A stretch of DNA of 63,258 nucleotides, counting the filler, from Stramenopiles sp. TOSAG23-3 (Eukaryota): the NCBI GenBank assembly GCA_900128585.1. It is 2 parts of 2 records of this genome, joined end to end, with 100 filler letters (N's around TTAATTAATTAA, not from the genome) between each part and the next. Parts side by side here need not be neighbours in the genome. Positions count along the whole stretch, not along the records: positions 1 to 31,692 come from LT642221.1; 1 more part is not named here. One strand, 5' to 3'. The notes under the pieces were generated by a model that saw nothing but the letters and a program-made list of their open reading frames with translations, was not told where the DNA came from and made no database searches. Below are positions 1 through 10,909 of the stretch, in pieces. Made by a program: the position numbers and the translations under genes. Numbering within the stretch: the first letter of the stretch is position 1; every line of letters starts with the position of its first letter.

Positions 1-233
1 TTGTAAATTGTCTGGTTCTGCCATCCTGTACTGGAACTTCACTATTGCCTCGGACGTCAAGAAAATTGGGATGTCGTTGCTGGTGTTGATATTTCGTGGG
101 GCGTATCGATTTCACCCGATTTTTAAGTAATGATAGTTTGACATATGTTATCAGAATATTTCTCGGTACAGCACATTTACTTTTTATTTTTAAACGAACG
201 GTTTGTTTGCAGCTTTTACAAATGTTTACAGCG

Positions 234-1274
234 CTACCTATGCCTTAATTTTTGAACCATCGTGTCCGGAAGCCAAACCTTCACTAAAAAATCGTTTTTG
301 TTCGAATTCCCGTTCACAACAAACGGCAATTTGTCCTTCACGCCCCGGGGGTCCGAAGGCGAGGCGTTCTTGGCTGCCGTGGCAGCTCTTTTCGATGCTC
401 TGAGTTTTTGAGCAGCTTCCCCGGCGTTTCCCTTATGGTTCCTGGAGTGTTGATCTCGTCCGCGCGCCGCTGCTTTGCTCTTCTTCGCTGCCGCGGAATC
501 CGAACGGTCAGGGACGATCCCTGCAATATGATCTAAATGGGCCCTGTACTTTTCTGGGGCCAGCGCACCCTTTCGAATATCTATAAGCAGGGCAGCAAGG
601 AGGGTTTTCACCCGCTTCTGGGCCCGTGGCGGAGTCAAATTCACCGTCAGAATACGCAACAGTATGTCTCGGACTTGTCTCCTCCGTTTGTTCAGCCTTC
701 CCTCCGCGTAGAGCCGGATAAGCTGCTGCAGGGCCACCGCAATTGCGTCCCGCAACTGTTTCCCTGTTGCAACCTTTGCCTGCCTCAGGTCCGACAAGAT
801 CTTCAGCTCTACCTCGGCTATTTTATTGTTCAGGTCTGCTCCTACCGCTGGGTTCCGACGCTCCACCGTTGGTTCGGGGATTCCGCGCCCCCCGATCTCA
901 ACGTTTCCCGGGCGCATGGGAAAAAAATCATTAGCCCCATCGTGTATCGCCGCCGCGCAAAGGTCGGTCAAGTTGTTTTCTAGCTCTGGGGGGCACTCTG
1001 CCACCCCGTGCCTCGACTGGTGCGCCCAGTCTCGCAGGAGTTGGGCGTTCCTGTCCAAAAGGCGCTGGACACCCACGGAGGTGAAACGGAGCGCCTGACC
1101 GCCCAACAGTTCACCATCGCCAGGGACTCCATTCATACCGTGAAATCGTGTCGATTGCGGCAGGCCAAATTTTATGGTGTGCTGCCGGGAAGGGAAAGTA
1201 AAGTCCTTCCGCTTGCGTTTCTTGGGCGGCAGGGCACTGTCATCGTGCAAATACGTGGGGGTCGTTTGGGGCAT
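234..1274 (-). CDS. Hypothetical protein, possibly nuclear (basic PPKKRKRK). May continue past the window's left edge via a putative intron at 162-237
   Basis: ORF of about 346 codons from ATG 1274 with coding-like GC. A GT at 237-236 and an AG at 163-162 (minus strand) would splice in frame into a reading frame (RNILITYVKL...) open to position 1. No family recognised. Confidence 0.6.
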   Translation of the reverse strand: MPQTTPTYLHDDSALPPKKRKRKDFTFPSRQHTIKFGLPQSTRFHGMNGVPGDGELLGGQALRFTSVGVQRLLDRNAQLLRDWAHQSRHGVAECPPELENNLTDLCAAAIHDGANDFFPMRPGNVEIGGRGIPEPTVERRNPAVGADLNNKIAEVELKILSDLRQAKVATGKQLRDAIAVALQQLIRLYAEGRLNKRRRQVRDILLRILTVNLTPPRAQKRVKTLLAALLIDIRKGALAPEKYRAHLDHIAGIVPDRSDSAAAKKSKAAARGRDQHSRNHKGNAGEAAQKLRASKRAATAAKNASPSDPRGVKDKLPFVVNGNSNKNDFLVKVWLPDTMVQKLRHR

Positions 1275-1465
1275 GGAGAACAATGGTGCAACGGACAAAT
1301 AAACGGCTAAATCCTTCACGTTTTTGGTCAACGTGTTCGCTGCTGTACAATATATTATGGTCGTAATCGTCGGTATATCTCATTTTCAGCGAACGGCATA
1401 AATACACCCACTATCCATGCAACCCAACAAAATTCGAGGAAGAAGAAAAAAACAAAACAAAATAA

Positions 1466-2070
1466 TAAAAAAAATAATAATAATAATTATTAATAAGTCG
1501 TCTCCTCCTCCCTCGTCGTCTTCTAAAAAAATAATAAAAATTAAAAGATCCATTTTTTACTTATTTAAATCCTTAATAATTAGGTACAATATAGATAGGA
1601 ATCCATAGACTATGTAATAACATCTTATACAATTACGAACGAAGAAGACCAAAATATTAATAATATTTTTAATTACTGTACAGTGTACAGTATAAGAAAT
1701 ATTATTATTTTAAAAAATTATAATAAAACAAATTAATTTGAATTTTTATTACTGTATTTATTATACGAGGTATATGAACCATTATTTCCGTTATACTACA
1801 GGCAATGTATACTTGTATTATTTATTAAGATATGAACGAAAGTGACGTTTTACGGGAAACACTTTGATATCTTAGTAGTGTAGACCTATTTACAAGTACG
1901 TAAATAAGATAGGAAATTCAACTCGAAAAAGTTAAACACAAAGTTGCACAAGGTAAANNNNNNNNNNNNNNNNNNNNNNNNNNNNNNNNTTTAATTTTTA
2001 TTATTTTTTTAGAAGACGACGAGGGAGGAGGAGACGACTTATTAATAATTATTATTATTATTTTTTTTTA
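1466..2070. repeat. About 80-bp inverted repeat pair (1466-1545 and 1990-2070) enclosing about 445 nt including an N gap
   Basis: aataattattaataagtcgtctcctcctccctcgtcgtcttctaaaaaaataataaaaattaaa recurs as its reverse complement starting right after the N run at 1990. Confidence 0.85.
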
Positions 2071-2170
2071 ATTTTATTATTATTATTATTAAAAAAAATA
2101 CTACTACTACTCCCAGTACTTCTCTATAATATATATATACCAAGTATAATATGCGCCATACTTTTTTCTT

Positions 2171-2213
<43 letters not shown>

Positions 2214-2316
2214 ATGAGGATAAAATAATCGGGGAGGGGGTTCGCAAGCGTTTCCTTTTCGAAGACGACAATGTAAAGGTACTATCTGGGGGTTTACGCG
2301 CGTAAGAAGGACAACG

Positions 2317-3552
2317 ATGATCGTCAAGGCAGATTTTAACAACTTGTTTCTCTTTGGGAGTCTGGCCCGGGTGTGTTTCTTTGTGTATGGGTTGTGGCAA
2401 GACGCTAACTTTGCCTTCAAATACACGGACATTGACTACTATGTTTACACCGATGCAGCAAAACATGTCAGCAACGGAGAGTCACCGTTTGATCGGGCAA
2501 CCTACCGATACACCCCAATGTTAGCGTACTCTTTGCTGCCCAGTGTCAGCTTTTTCCCGTTCGGCAAGTTGCTCTTCATCTTTGCCGACCTCGGCATTGG
2601 GTACTTGATTTATCACATTCTTCGGCTCCGAGGGTTTGCACCGGGCGCCTGCTTGAAGTATACGGCGTGCTGGATATTCCACCCCGTGGCAATAACAATA
2701 TCGACGCGTGGCAATGCAGACCCCCTGGTCGGAGGACTTTGCTTACTGGCAGTGTACTTTATTATGAAACGTCGTGTCGTCGCGAGCGCCCTGTGCTATG
2801 GCCTAGCCGTCCATTTCAAAATTTACCCCATTATTTACCTGCCGGCGTTTTTGACACTGATGGACCGGGCGCATTTCCGAGGGGAGCGGGGGACGTCCTC
2901 CCTGCTTGCCGCGCTGGTAAACCGGGACAGGGTGGTATTTAGCCTCGTCAGTGGCGGCCTGTTCATAGCGCTGGGCGCCCTGTTTTACGGACTGTATGGG
3001 TATGAGTTTTTGTACGAGACGTATTTGTACCATTTGATACGGCGGGACAACAGGCACAATTTCTCCGTCTACTTTTACGACATCTACTTGTCCTACACCA
3101 CGGGCAGCGCGATCAACAACGGCGCGCTAGCGTTTTTCCCCCAGTTCGGGCTGATAGTGCTGACTGGGCTGAAGTATGGCAGGGACTTGCCATTCGCAAT
3201 GTTCCTCTGCACGTATATATTTGTCGTGTTCAACAAAGTCTGCACGGCACAGTACTTTCTTTGGTACGTTTGCCTCCTCCCGCTGGTGTTGCCGGGGACA
3301 AGCATTCAATTTAAATGGACCGGGTGCAAAATGCTGGTGGCGTGGGTCTCCACCGAGGTGTTTTGGCTGCTGTCAGCCAAGGGCGTGGAGTTGGACGGTG
3401 TGAATGTATTTCTGCAGCTCTGGGGGGCATCGATGCTGTTTTTCTTTGTGAACGCAGTGCTCGTTTCCAAGTTCATCACGTCGTACCGTCCGACACCACT
3501 TTTTTCCCATGGGGTGCTAGAACCGGTAGGACAGGCGGCGAAGCGACGGTGA
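2317..3552 (+). CDS. PIGM: GPI mannosyltransferase 1 (PIG-M/GPI14)
   Basis: KYTDIDY (DxD), PFDRATYRYTP, ISTRGN, VHFKIYPIIY, YLYHLIRRDNRHNFS, FNKVCTAQYFLWY; polytopic membrane protein of 411 aa. Confidence 0.95.
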   Translation: MIVKADFNNLFLFGSLARVCFFVYGLWQDANFAFKYTDIDYYVYTDAAKHVSNGESPFDRATYRYTPMLAYSLLPSVSFFPFGKLLFIFADLGIGYLIYHILRLRGFAPGACLKYTACWIFHPVAITISTRGNADPLVGGLCLLAVYFIMKRRVVASALCYGLAVHFKIYPIIYLPAFLTLMDRAHFRGERGTSSLLAALVNRDRVVFSLVSGGLFIALGALFYGLYGYEFLYETYLYHLIRRDNRHNFSVYFYDIYLSYTTGSAINNGALAFFPQFGLIVLTGLKYGRDLPFAMFLCTYIFVVFNKVCTAQYFLWYVCLLPLVLPGTSIQFKWTGCKMLVAWVSTEVFWLLSAKGVELDGVNVFLQLWGASMLFFFVNAVLVSKFITSYRPTPLFSHGVLEPVGQAAKRR

Positions 3553-3780
3553 GCAGGCAGCAAATCCTTCGGCCGCGGGGGAGGAGTTCGTCGACTTTGC
3601 GAAAAGAACAGACCCCCGACGGTTAGGTTAGTTTACGAACAACCAAGAGTGAAACGCGCTTATTGCCCCCAGGTTACGTATTCTTTATATAGTTTTGTTT
3701 AGAAGAACTACCACTTCGTAAAAAATAAGAATTCTTAATTATTCTTGCAGCCAACGCCCGAGCCCCCAGGTCCCCGTAAC

Positions 3781-4224
3781 TTAGCGGGTCTTTTTCCCCT
3801 CCTCGTCGTCTACCCGCTTGTGCACAAGGATCAGATGGTGCCCAAACTGTGTTTCCACCGGGCCCTGAACCTTCCCGACGGGTGCATCCCAACATACTCT
3901 GTCAAACGCAGGGACCATTTGTCCCGGGCCAAAAAAACCTAAATCCCCGCCACTTGACTTGCCGCTAGGGCAGACGGACGTCTTTTCCGCGATCATGTAA
4001 AATAAGTCCTTCAGGTCTTCTGCAGCAGGAACTTTGTCAAGCTGCGCCTTCAGCACACGCGCCACGGCTGCATCTTTCACGAGAATATGGGACACATGGG
4101 CGCTTTTCTTACTCGCTCCAACCCAAAGGTAAATAACAAAAAACATGAAAAGGAAGTGCCAAACAGAGAAGGGACCAATTGCACTGGAATTCAGGAAGCC
4201 CACAATTGTCTTAAAATTCGCCAT
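3781..4224 (-). CDS. Parvulin (PpiC-type) peptidyl-prolyl isomerase with N-terminal hydrophobic anchor
   Basis: SHILVK, S-x-CPSG, GGDLGFF, GQMVPAFD, GPVETQFGHHLI; segment VWHFLFMFFVIYLWVG; start placed at ATG 4224. Confidence 0.9.
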   Translation of the reverse strand: MANFKTIVGFLNSSAIGPFSVWHFLFMFFVIYLWVGASKKSAHVSHILVKDAAVARVLKAQLDKVPAAEDLKDLFYMIAEKTSVCPSGKSSGGDLGFFGPGQMVPAFDRVCWDAPVGKVQGPVETQFGHHLILVHKRVDDEEGKKTR

Positions 4225-6475
4225 TGCCACCGCCGTGTGCAATAATTTGCACAGGTAGTGTATATGCACCCTTCACACCAATACAAAGAAAGCGAGCCCT
4301 GGGTTTCAGCTTGACGGCAGGGGAGTATTTAGATAGAATTTCTGTTCCTGTCTGTCGGAACGAATCGGTAAAAGAATGGGGAAATGGGAATTTTCTTCAG
4401 CTCCACTTTCAACCTTGATAAAATTCTTCTTCTGAAGAATTGATGATTGAAATCTGAAGAAGTAAGTTGGTACCACCACCAAGGTAAAAAATCTTCTTCT
4501 TCTATCTTGTTCAACAACAACAACAAAACAAATTGAATAAATCCTTAATAATAAGAAAATAAATTGTAAGGTTGTACAGAAAAAGAAAGAAGAAAAAAAA
4601 AGAGAAAGCAAAGGAAAAAAGGAAGAAACAAAACTAAAACTAAAACTAAAACTAAAACACACACACCACAGGCCCCTCCCCTCTCTCCCTCCCTCCCTCC
4701 CTCCCTCCCTCCCTCCCCATTTAGTCGTCTAAATAGGAGACGACTAGTACGGTGCCTCGTAATTATAAGTGGAGTGAAAGAACGCACTGTGTAAATATCT
4801 ATATCTACTACGTACGTACGTTACATACGTAATCGTCTAGTCAATCAGCTCTCTCCTCCCTCCGATATGATGATTCAAAAATAAACAATAAAGTGTATAC
4901 GTATGTACACGTACATTAGAAGACGATTTGAAGAACTTGCTGCTTCGATATTATTTTAAATAATAATATAAATAATAGATCAATCAGCCAAGGTACTGTA
5001 GTAGAAAATAAACAGAAAAAAATACGTTATTTATGTAGTGTTTAATTTTATCCTCCCTATTCTTTTTTTCCTTTCCTTCCTTCATTCTATAACTATTAAT
5101 AAATAGTACACTTTATTTGGATAATAAGCTTATTTTGTGTGTATTATATTCTATTCTACCGTACACCTATAGTTTAAAACTAACTACAACGAACGAACGA
5201 ACTATTTTAAAAACACGACAAAAACGAATTTATTAGACGACACGATTACAGTTAAATAGGACGGACTAGTCACACTGAAGACGACTCGAGTCTCTTCTCT
5301 CTGCAGAGTCTCTTCATTCTTTCTCCTTTGGTTCTGTTATTTTGGATTACACTGCTGTGTGGTCTTTTGTTCTTTTATAATTTAAGCTCGTCGTCCTAAT
5401 TAAAACGACTGGTTGTCGTATTCGCTTTTAATATTTTTATTTTCATCCTGTCGATCTAAATATAAATACCATCGTAATAGTATAGAATTTGACCACCACC
5501 ACAATAAATAAAAAATACAACCGAGCGTCCCTCTTTACTTAGGAAGGGGAGGGAGAGGGAGCTAGACACGAAAACGTATTAAAAAAGTAGGTACGGTACG
5601 TAGTACACGATCACAGTACGAGTAATGGACAATATTATTAGCTATTATTTAACTACGTAGTCGTCTAACAATGAAAGCGAAGAAGCAAGTAAAAAAAAGA
5701 AAAAACAAAAGAAGAGAGTTTTTTAAATTCTATACTTTTAGTATAATAGTAGCTACGCTATACGTATATACATAGAAGAGAGGCGAGAGGGAGACTGGAG
5801 GTAGGTGTCTAATATAAATATAATTTATTGATTAATTAATACACAGACAGTGAGTGAAAGAAAAGGGATTCATTCATATTGAGGAGACCGAATGAAGGGA
5901 GCTAAGGCTTCCTACCTAGACTATCATATTGTATGGTAGACTAGAAGAAGGAAGGGGAAAAGGTACTATTTTTATTTATTTGATGACTACTCGTATACAT
6001 AGTAGATCGATCTCTAGTTATAAATATAAATAAATAAAAAGAGAAGAAATAAATAAATAAAAAGAAATAAATAATAAATATCAAAACAACATCATCAAAC
6101 AACGGTTGTTGTTAGTACTGTAGTACTGTACCAAGGAAGTAATAGAAGTAGGTGTCTTATTTTTTATATTTTATTATTATTATTTTTTTCTAAAAACTAT
6201 AGTAGTCTCTACAACAAAATAAAATAATAATAATGTACCTACCACCACCACCACCACAAGCAAGTAAGAAAAATCAATCTCTTCTTCGGGGGAGAGGTAG
6301 GTAGGTAGACCGTTTCTTCTTTATACACTTGAAGCGTACCAGTCATCATCAAAACGTAAAACAGTAATAACGACGGGGAGAAAAGGATAAACATACCGTT
6401 TGCAAACAACAGTGGAAGTAAGTCGGAGAGAGAGAATAAGGAACGGAACATAGTTAAAACGCGCGGGCAAACAGG

Positions 6476-9400
6476 ATGAGTGAGGGAGAGAAGAAACCAA
6501 GGAAGAAAATAGAACGCGGAAGTGCCCAATCTGGGGACGCAGGCAGCAGCAACAAGGAAGACGGGCAAAATAGGCGCAGAAACAGCGGGCGAGGGAGACG
6601 GGGAGGGCGTGGCGGCGGCGGTCGTAGAGGTGGCCGTGGTGGCGGTCGTGGCGGTGGTCGTGGCGGTGGACGTGGCGGTGGACGTGGAGGCGGTCGTGGG
6701 GGGCGCAAAGGGAGAGGCAATAGATCCCAATCCGGTGGCGCCCCCACGGCACCGTCTGCTTCCCCCTTCAGAGCACCCGATGTGTCCAACCCAACCGGTC
6801 CTAAAGGCGTGGACACTGCAAACAGCCAGGCGAACGGCGACAGTGGCAAGAAGGGGGGAGATTCGAAAAAGAAAGGCGGCGGAAGACGAGATAGGAACGG
6901 GGCGAGGGACCGACCGAAACGGGCACGGAGGAACAGGAAAGGAAACAACAAGCCGCCGCGTGGGGGGGAACAAACGAATGGAGTCTCCGTGTCCGAAGTT
7001 GCCAGCCAAATGGATTTGATGGGCCTTGGTGCAGAGGCTGCCCGGCCGAAAGGCGACTCGAACGCGCCCAAGATGATATTACAAAGGGGGAAAAAACCGA
7101 AGTTTTTGAAGTCCGAACATGGCACGAAGCAGTCCAGCTCCAAAGAAAGCGCCCCCGTGGCAGACGGCGAAGCCGCGAAGACAGGCAAACCAAACAATGG
7201 AGTAGTCAAAGCAGGGAATGCCACCGAATTGCCAGAGGCGCAAGGCCAGGGGAAGGGAAAGAAGAAGAAGAACAAACGGAAAAAGAAGAACGCCGACAGC
7301 GTCGACGACGCGGCGGCAAAAAAAGAATCTGCGGCAAAGGCAAAGTCCCACAAAATTTGTAAAGAAATCCGTTCGCTGTGCCAGTCTGTAGAAGACACTG
7401 CACTGGAACGTATCATTGAGAAGTTTGAGGATGTTTTTGACAGCAACCTGAAATCGGAGCCGTCCGCGATTCAGGCGGCCCTTTTGTTCTGTGCAAAGTG
7501 TGGCAAGCTGAAAGGCTCGAGGGTCATTTTTCAAATAATGGAACGGGACGACCTTTGGATCGAGTTGTCCGTTGCAGCAAACATTCTGGGTAGTGTGACG
7601 CAAAAATCCAATCCAGTAGAAGGCATCGAGTTTGTAGAAGACTTGTGCCATTTTGTCCGTTTTGCCAGCGATCGCGCCAAGTCGTACTACCAACGCCACG
7701 CGGCAATGAATTTGTCAGAATTTTTGGCAGATGCCCAGGGCAGTTTCGAAAAGATTCTTCGAGGCGACCAGCAATTTTTAGTGAACAGCGGTCGGACAGA
7801 GCTGAACCTGTCGATGTCACGAGGGAGGAAGCAGAATGAACTGTGTTTCGTAGATGCGGATAAGGATAGTCGTGAAGTGCCTCCGGGGGCAATAGATTTT
7901 GGGCACGGCTTCGACAACTTTGGGTTCCAAAGGTCTGACACTGCTCTTTTGAGCATAGATAGACCGCCGGAGAGTTTGGTAAAGACAATCCCAGTTCCAA
8001 AACACTTGGAGCACGACCCTTTAGCAACGCCAAAATACGTGCCTCACCTGTACGGCTGCGAAGTCGAAGTAATATCGAATTACCCCAGGTTAACCTGCCG
8101 ACTGGTCGGTCTCCCCCCGATGGGGTTTTCAGGCGCCTTTGGCCCCCTCCTATGGCGGCTAGATAAATTAGGAAATAGGAATTCGTACCAGCGCCAGCTT
8201 GATGCACTGAAGGTGTTGGTAGAAGAGGAAAGCGCGGATGTAAAATCGAAGCCAAAGCACCCTCACGCTTCTCTGTCGAACGCATTGTTGACACCGTTGC
8301 GACAGAAGATTGAGGTTGGCAACCCGTCGAATATCCCCCTGATGTCTGGGCCGTCAGAAACGCACTTACTGAACAAGGTCGAGAAACAGCTGGGCGATCG
8401 CTTAAACAGAAGTCAAATGGGTGCTTTGACCCATGCCATCACTCGCCGATTGACGCTTGTCCAGGGCCCTCCTGGAACCGGTAAAACGCACACGGCAATT
8501 GAAATATTGAACCAAATGGTGCGCCACCGGCTGTGCCCCTTTCCAATTTTGGCGACCTCCGATTCGAACATAGCGGTGGACAATCTCTTAGAGGGTCTTG
8601 CGAACGTAGGCGTGCACGTGATCCGTGTGGGTCGCCCCGAGAGCATTCGCGCTGATCTGCTGGACTACTCCTTGGACGTACTGATGAAACAATCTGGCGG
8701 GTATGGAAAAGGTGGAAGCCAAGCGGCCAACGCGGAAATGCGAAGCGCCCAAGTTATTTGCGCGACTGCTATCGGTAGTGGCAGTGATATGCTCGATCGG
8801 TTTCGTTTTCACACTGTGCTGGTTGACGAGTCGACACAGGCGACGGAGACCGCGATTTTAGTACCGATTGCACAAGGCTGCGAACGGCTCATCTTGGTTG
8901 GGGATCATTGCCAGCTCCCCCCAACGGTCCTTTCGGAGGAGGCCGAGAAGCGGGGCTTGGCTGTCTCGCTGTTCTCCCGTTTTGTCAGTCAAGGCGTTCA
9001 GCCCGTGCTGCTGGACACGCAGTACCGGATGCACCCTGTCATCGCAGAGTTTCCCTCGGACTCGTTCTACGCAGGGCACTTGCGCACTGGGATTGAATAC
9101 CGCTCACGCTTGCCGCCACCAGGATTTGCATGGCCTGTGCAGGGAGCCCCTGTCGCCTTTGTCCCGGTAAATAACGCAGAAGAAGTCAAAGACGGAACTT
9201 CGTATGTCAACGTCAAGGAAGTGGACAAAGTTGCGGTAATTCTTATGCAACTAATTCGTACTGGTGGCCTTGAAAATGGAGTTCACGATGTTGGGGTTAT
9301 CACTCCCTATTCTGCCCAAGTTCGATTGATTAGGCGCACCATGAAGGAGCGCAAAGTGCTGCGCGATGCTGGGCTTGCAGACGTTGAGATCAGCAGTGTT

Positions 9401-9934
9401 GACGGGTTTCAGGGCCGAGAGAAAGAAGTCATCATCTTTTCCTCTGTTCGTGCGAACTTCGATAAAAACGTCGGCTTTTTGTCCGACTGGAGGAGAATGA
9501 ATGTAATGATGACACGGGCGAAAAGGGGCCTAATCGTTGTGGGCAACCCAAGCACGTTGCACAGCGACCGAGTCTGGCACCATTGGCTTACCTGGGCTGC
9601 GGCAAATGGCGTGATCCAGGGGGTTAAAAGCAAGGGCCAGTACGTACCGACGTATTTAGGAAACACGCTGATGGGTAAATCGAGCGCGAGCGATAGTGTA
9701 CTGGCCGCGGGCGCCGCGTTGTATGCGTCGGACTTGTCAAACTTGGGAGGGGGGCAAGCAAAAAAAAATGCACCATCGTCACCAGAAGCAGATGCTCGAC
9801 CAAGGGGTGGGTCTGGGGCGTGGGACAGTGGCCCAGATAGCCCCGTTCACCAGCCGACTTTAAAACAATACGAGAGTGGCGATGGGGATTGTGATTGGGA
9901 AGATTTGCTAGACGGGGACGATGATGATCAGTGA
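6476..9934 (+). CDS. UPF1-like SF1 RNA helicase with N-terminal RGG box, lacking the UPF1 CH zinc domain
   Basis: QGPPGTGKT, DESTQATE, VGDHCQLPP, QYRMHP, GVITPY, SVDGFQGREK, VGFLSDWRRMNVMMTRAKRGL; tandem GGGR repeats at about 6600-6705. Confidence 0.9.
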   Translation: MSEGEKKPRKKIERGSAQSGDAGSSNKEDGQNRRRNSGRGRRGGRGGGGRRGGRGGGRGGGRGGGRGGGRGGGRGGRKGRGNRSQSGGAPTAPSASPFRAPDVSNPTGPKGVDTANSQANGDSGKKGGDSKKKGGGRRDRNGARDRPKRARRNRKGNNKPPRGGEQTNGVSVSEVASQMDLMGLGAEAARPKGDSNAPKMILQRGKKPKFLKSEHGTKQSSSKESAPVADGEAAKTGKPNNGVVKAGNATELPEAQGQGKGKKKKNKRKKKNADSVDDAAAKKESAAKAKSHKICKEIRSLCQSVEDTALERIIEKFEDVFDSNLKSEPSAIQAALLFCAKCGKLKGSRVIFQIMERDDLWIELSVAANILGSVTQKSNPVEGIEFVEDLCHFVRFASDRAKSYYQRHAAMNLSEFLADAQGSFEKILRGDQQFLVNSGRTELNLSMSRGRKQNELCFVDADKDSREVPPGAIDFGHGFDNFGFQRSDTALLSIDRPPESLVKTIPVPKHLEHDPLATPKYVPHLYGCEVEVISNYPRLTCRLVGLPPMGFSGAFGPLLWRLDKLGNRNSYQRQLDALKVLVEEESADVKSKPKHPHASLSNALLTPLRQKIEVGNPSNIPLMSGPSETHLLNKVEKQLGDRLNRSQMGALTHAITRRLTLVQGPPGTGKTHTAIEILNQMVRHRLCPFPILATSDSNIAVDNLLEGLANVGVHVIRVGRPESIRADLLDYSLDVLMKQSGGYGKGGSQAANAEMRSAQVICATAIGSGSDMLDRFRFHTVLVDESTQATETAILVPIAQGCERLILVGDHCQLPPTVLSEEAEKRGLAVSLFSRFVSQGVQPVLLDTQYRMHPVIAEFPSDSFYAGHLRTGIEYRSRLPPPGFAWPVQGAPVAFVPVNNAEEVKDGTSYVNVKEVDKVAVILMQLIRTGGLENGVHDVGVITPYSAQVRLIRRTMKERKVLRDAGLADVEISSVDGFQGREKEVIIFSSVRANFDKNVGFLSDWRRMNVMMTRAKRGLIVVGNPSTLHSDRVWHHWLTWAAANGVIQGVKSKGQYVPTYLGNTLMGKSSASDSVLAAGAALYASDLSNLGGGQAKKNAPSSPEADARPRGGSGAWDSGPDSPVHQPTLKQYESGDGDCDWEDLLDGDDDDQ

Positions 9935-10909
9935 CTTTTTCTTTTCTTCTCAGCAGTATCATTAAGAGCTCATATAAGATAGCAAATTAATAAAACAACA
10001 GAAGATGCAATCATATTAATATAAGAAGTAGTGTCTTTCAAATTACAATATACGAAGTGTATCATACCTTACTTTCTTATACGTCTCTTTCAAAATTAAT
10101 ATCATATACGCTTATGATAAGTATGTGTGTAATATATGTTTTTTCATAACGTATGATAACGTAAGATATGTTATGATATATTTTTTTAATTAAGTTATAT
10201 CACGACGAGATGAAACTAAAAATCAAATTAAAAAATCGAGATAGGATTAGGGTTGGATTTGAAGTTAGTATTTGATTTAAAATGAGAGTCTTAAAAGAAA
10301 AAAATGAGCGTCTTCAATTAAAGCAAACCATTTAGGAGCAGAATCGCATTTGCCGTACTCCTCGTACATGAAGAACATCATAAATTTTAATAACAGCCAG
10401 TTTTTATTCAAGTTACTTAGGTAATCAGTCGGCTATAAAAAAATGTAATGTTATTTCAATAGTGTCAATCAATAAATAAATAACAACCTGGAAAACAACA
10501 GGTCATCATCTTTTTTTTGTTCCTCCTTCTTCTTAGCCTACTTCTTCTTCTTTTTTATTATTTATTAGTTAATAACTAATAACTAATAACTAGCTATATT
10601 CCAGTGGATTAGAGAAGATGATCATCTACTACTTGGATTAACTCTCTTCTTTCTTCTTTTCTTTTCTCTTCTTCCTCCTTCTTTCTTTCTTTCCCAGACG
10701 AAGATATATATCTAAAAAGACACGAAACACTAAGAAAAAAAGAGAGGACCCCACCCTCTCTCCCTCGTGAATTTAATCATCGCAGTTTCTTTCACAAATC
10801 ACAAGCGCGTCCCATCTTTTTCTTTCCTTCTTCAACAAATGCCAGTTTATTCCAACTGTTTGCACGGAAAGACATCTAGCTAAAGACAGCCGTGCCTTGA
10901 GTAATCAAG

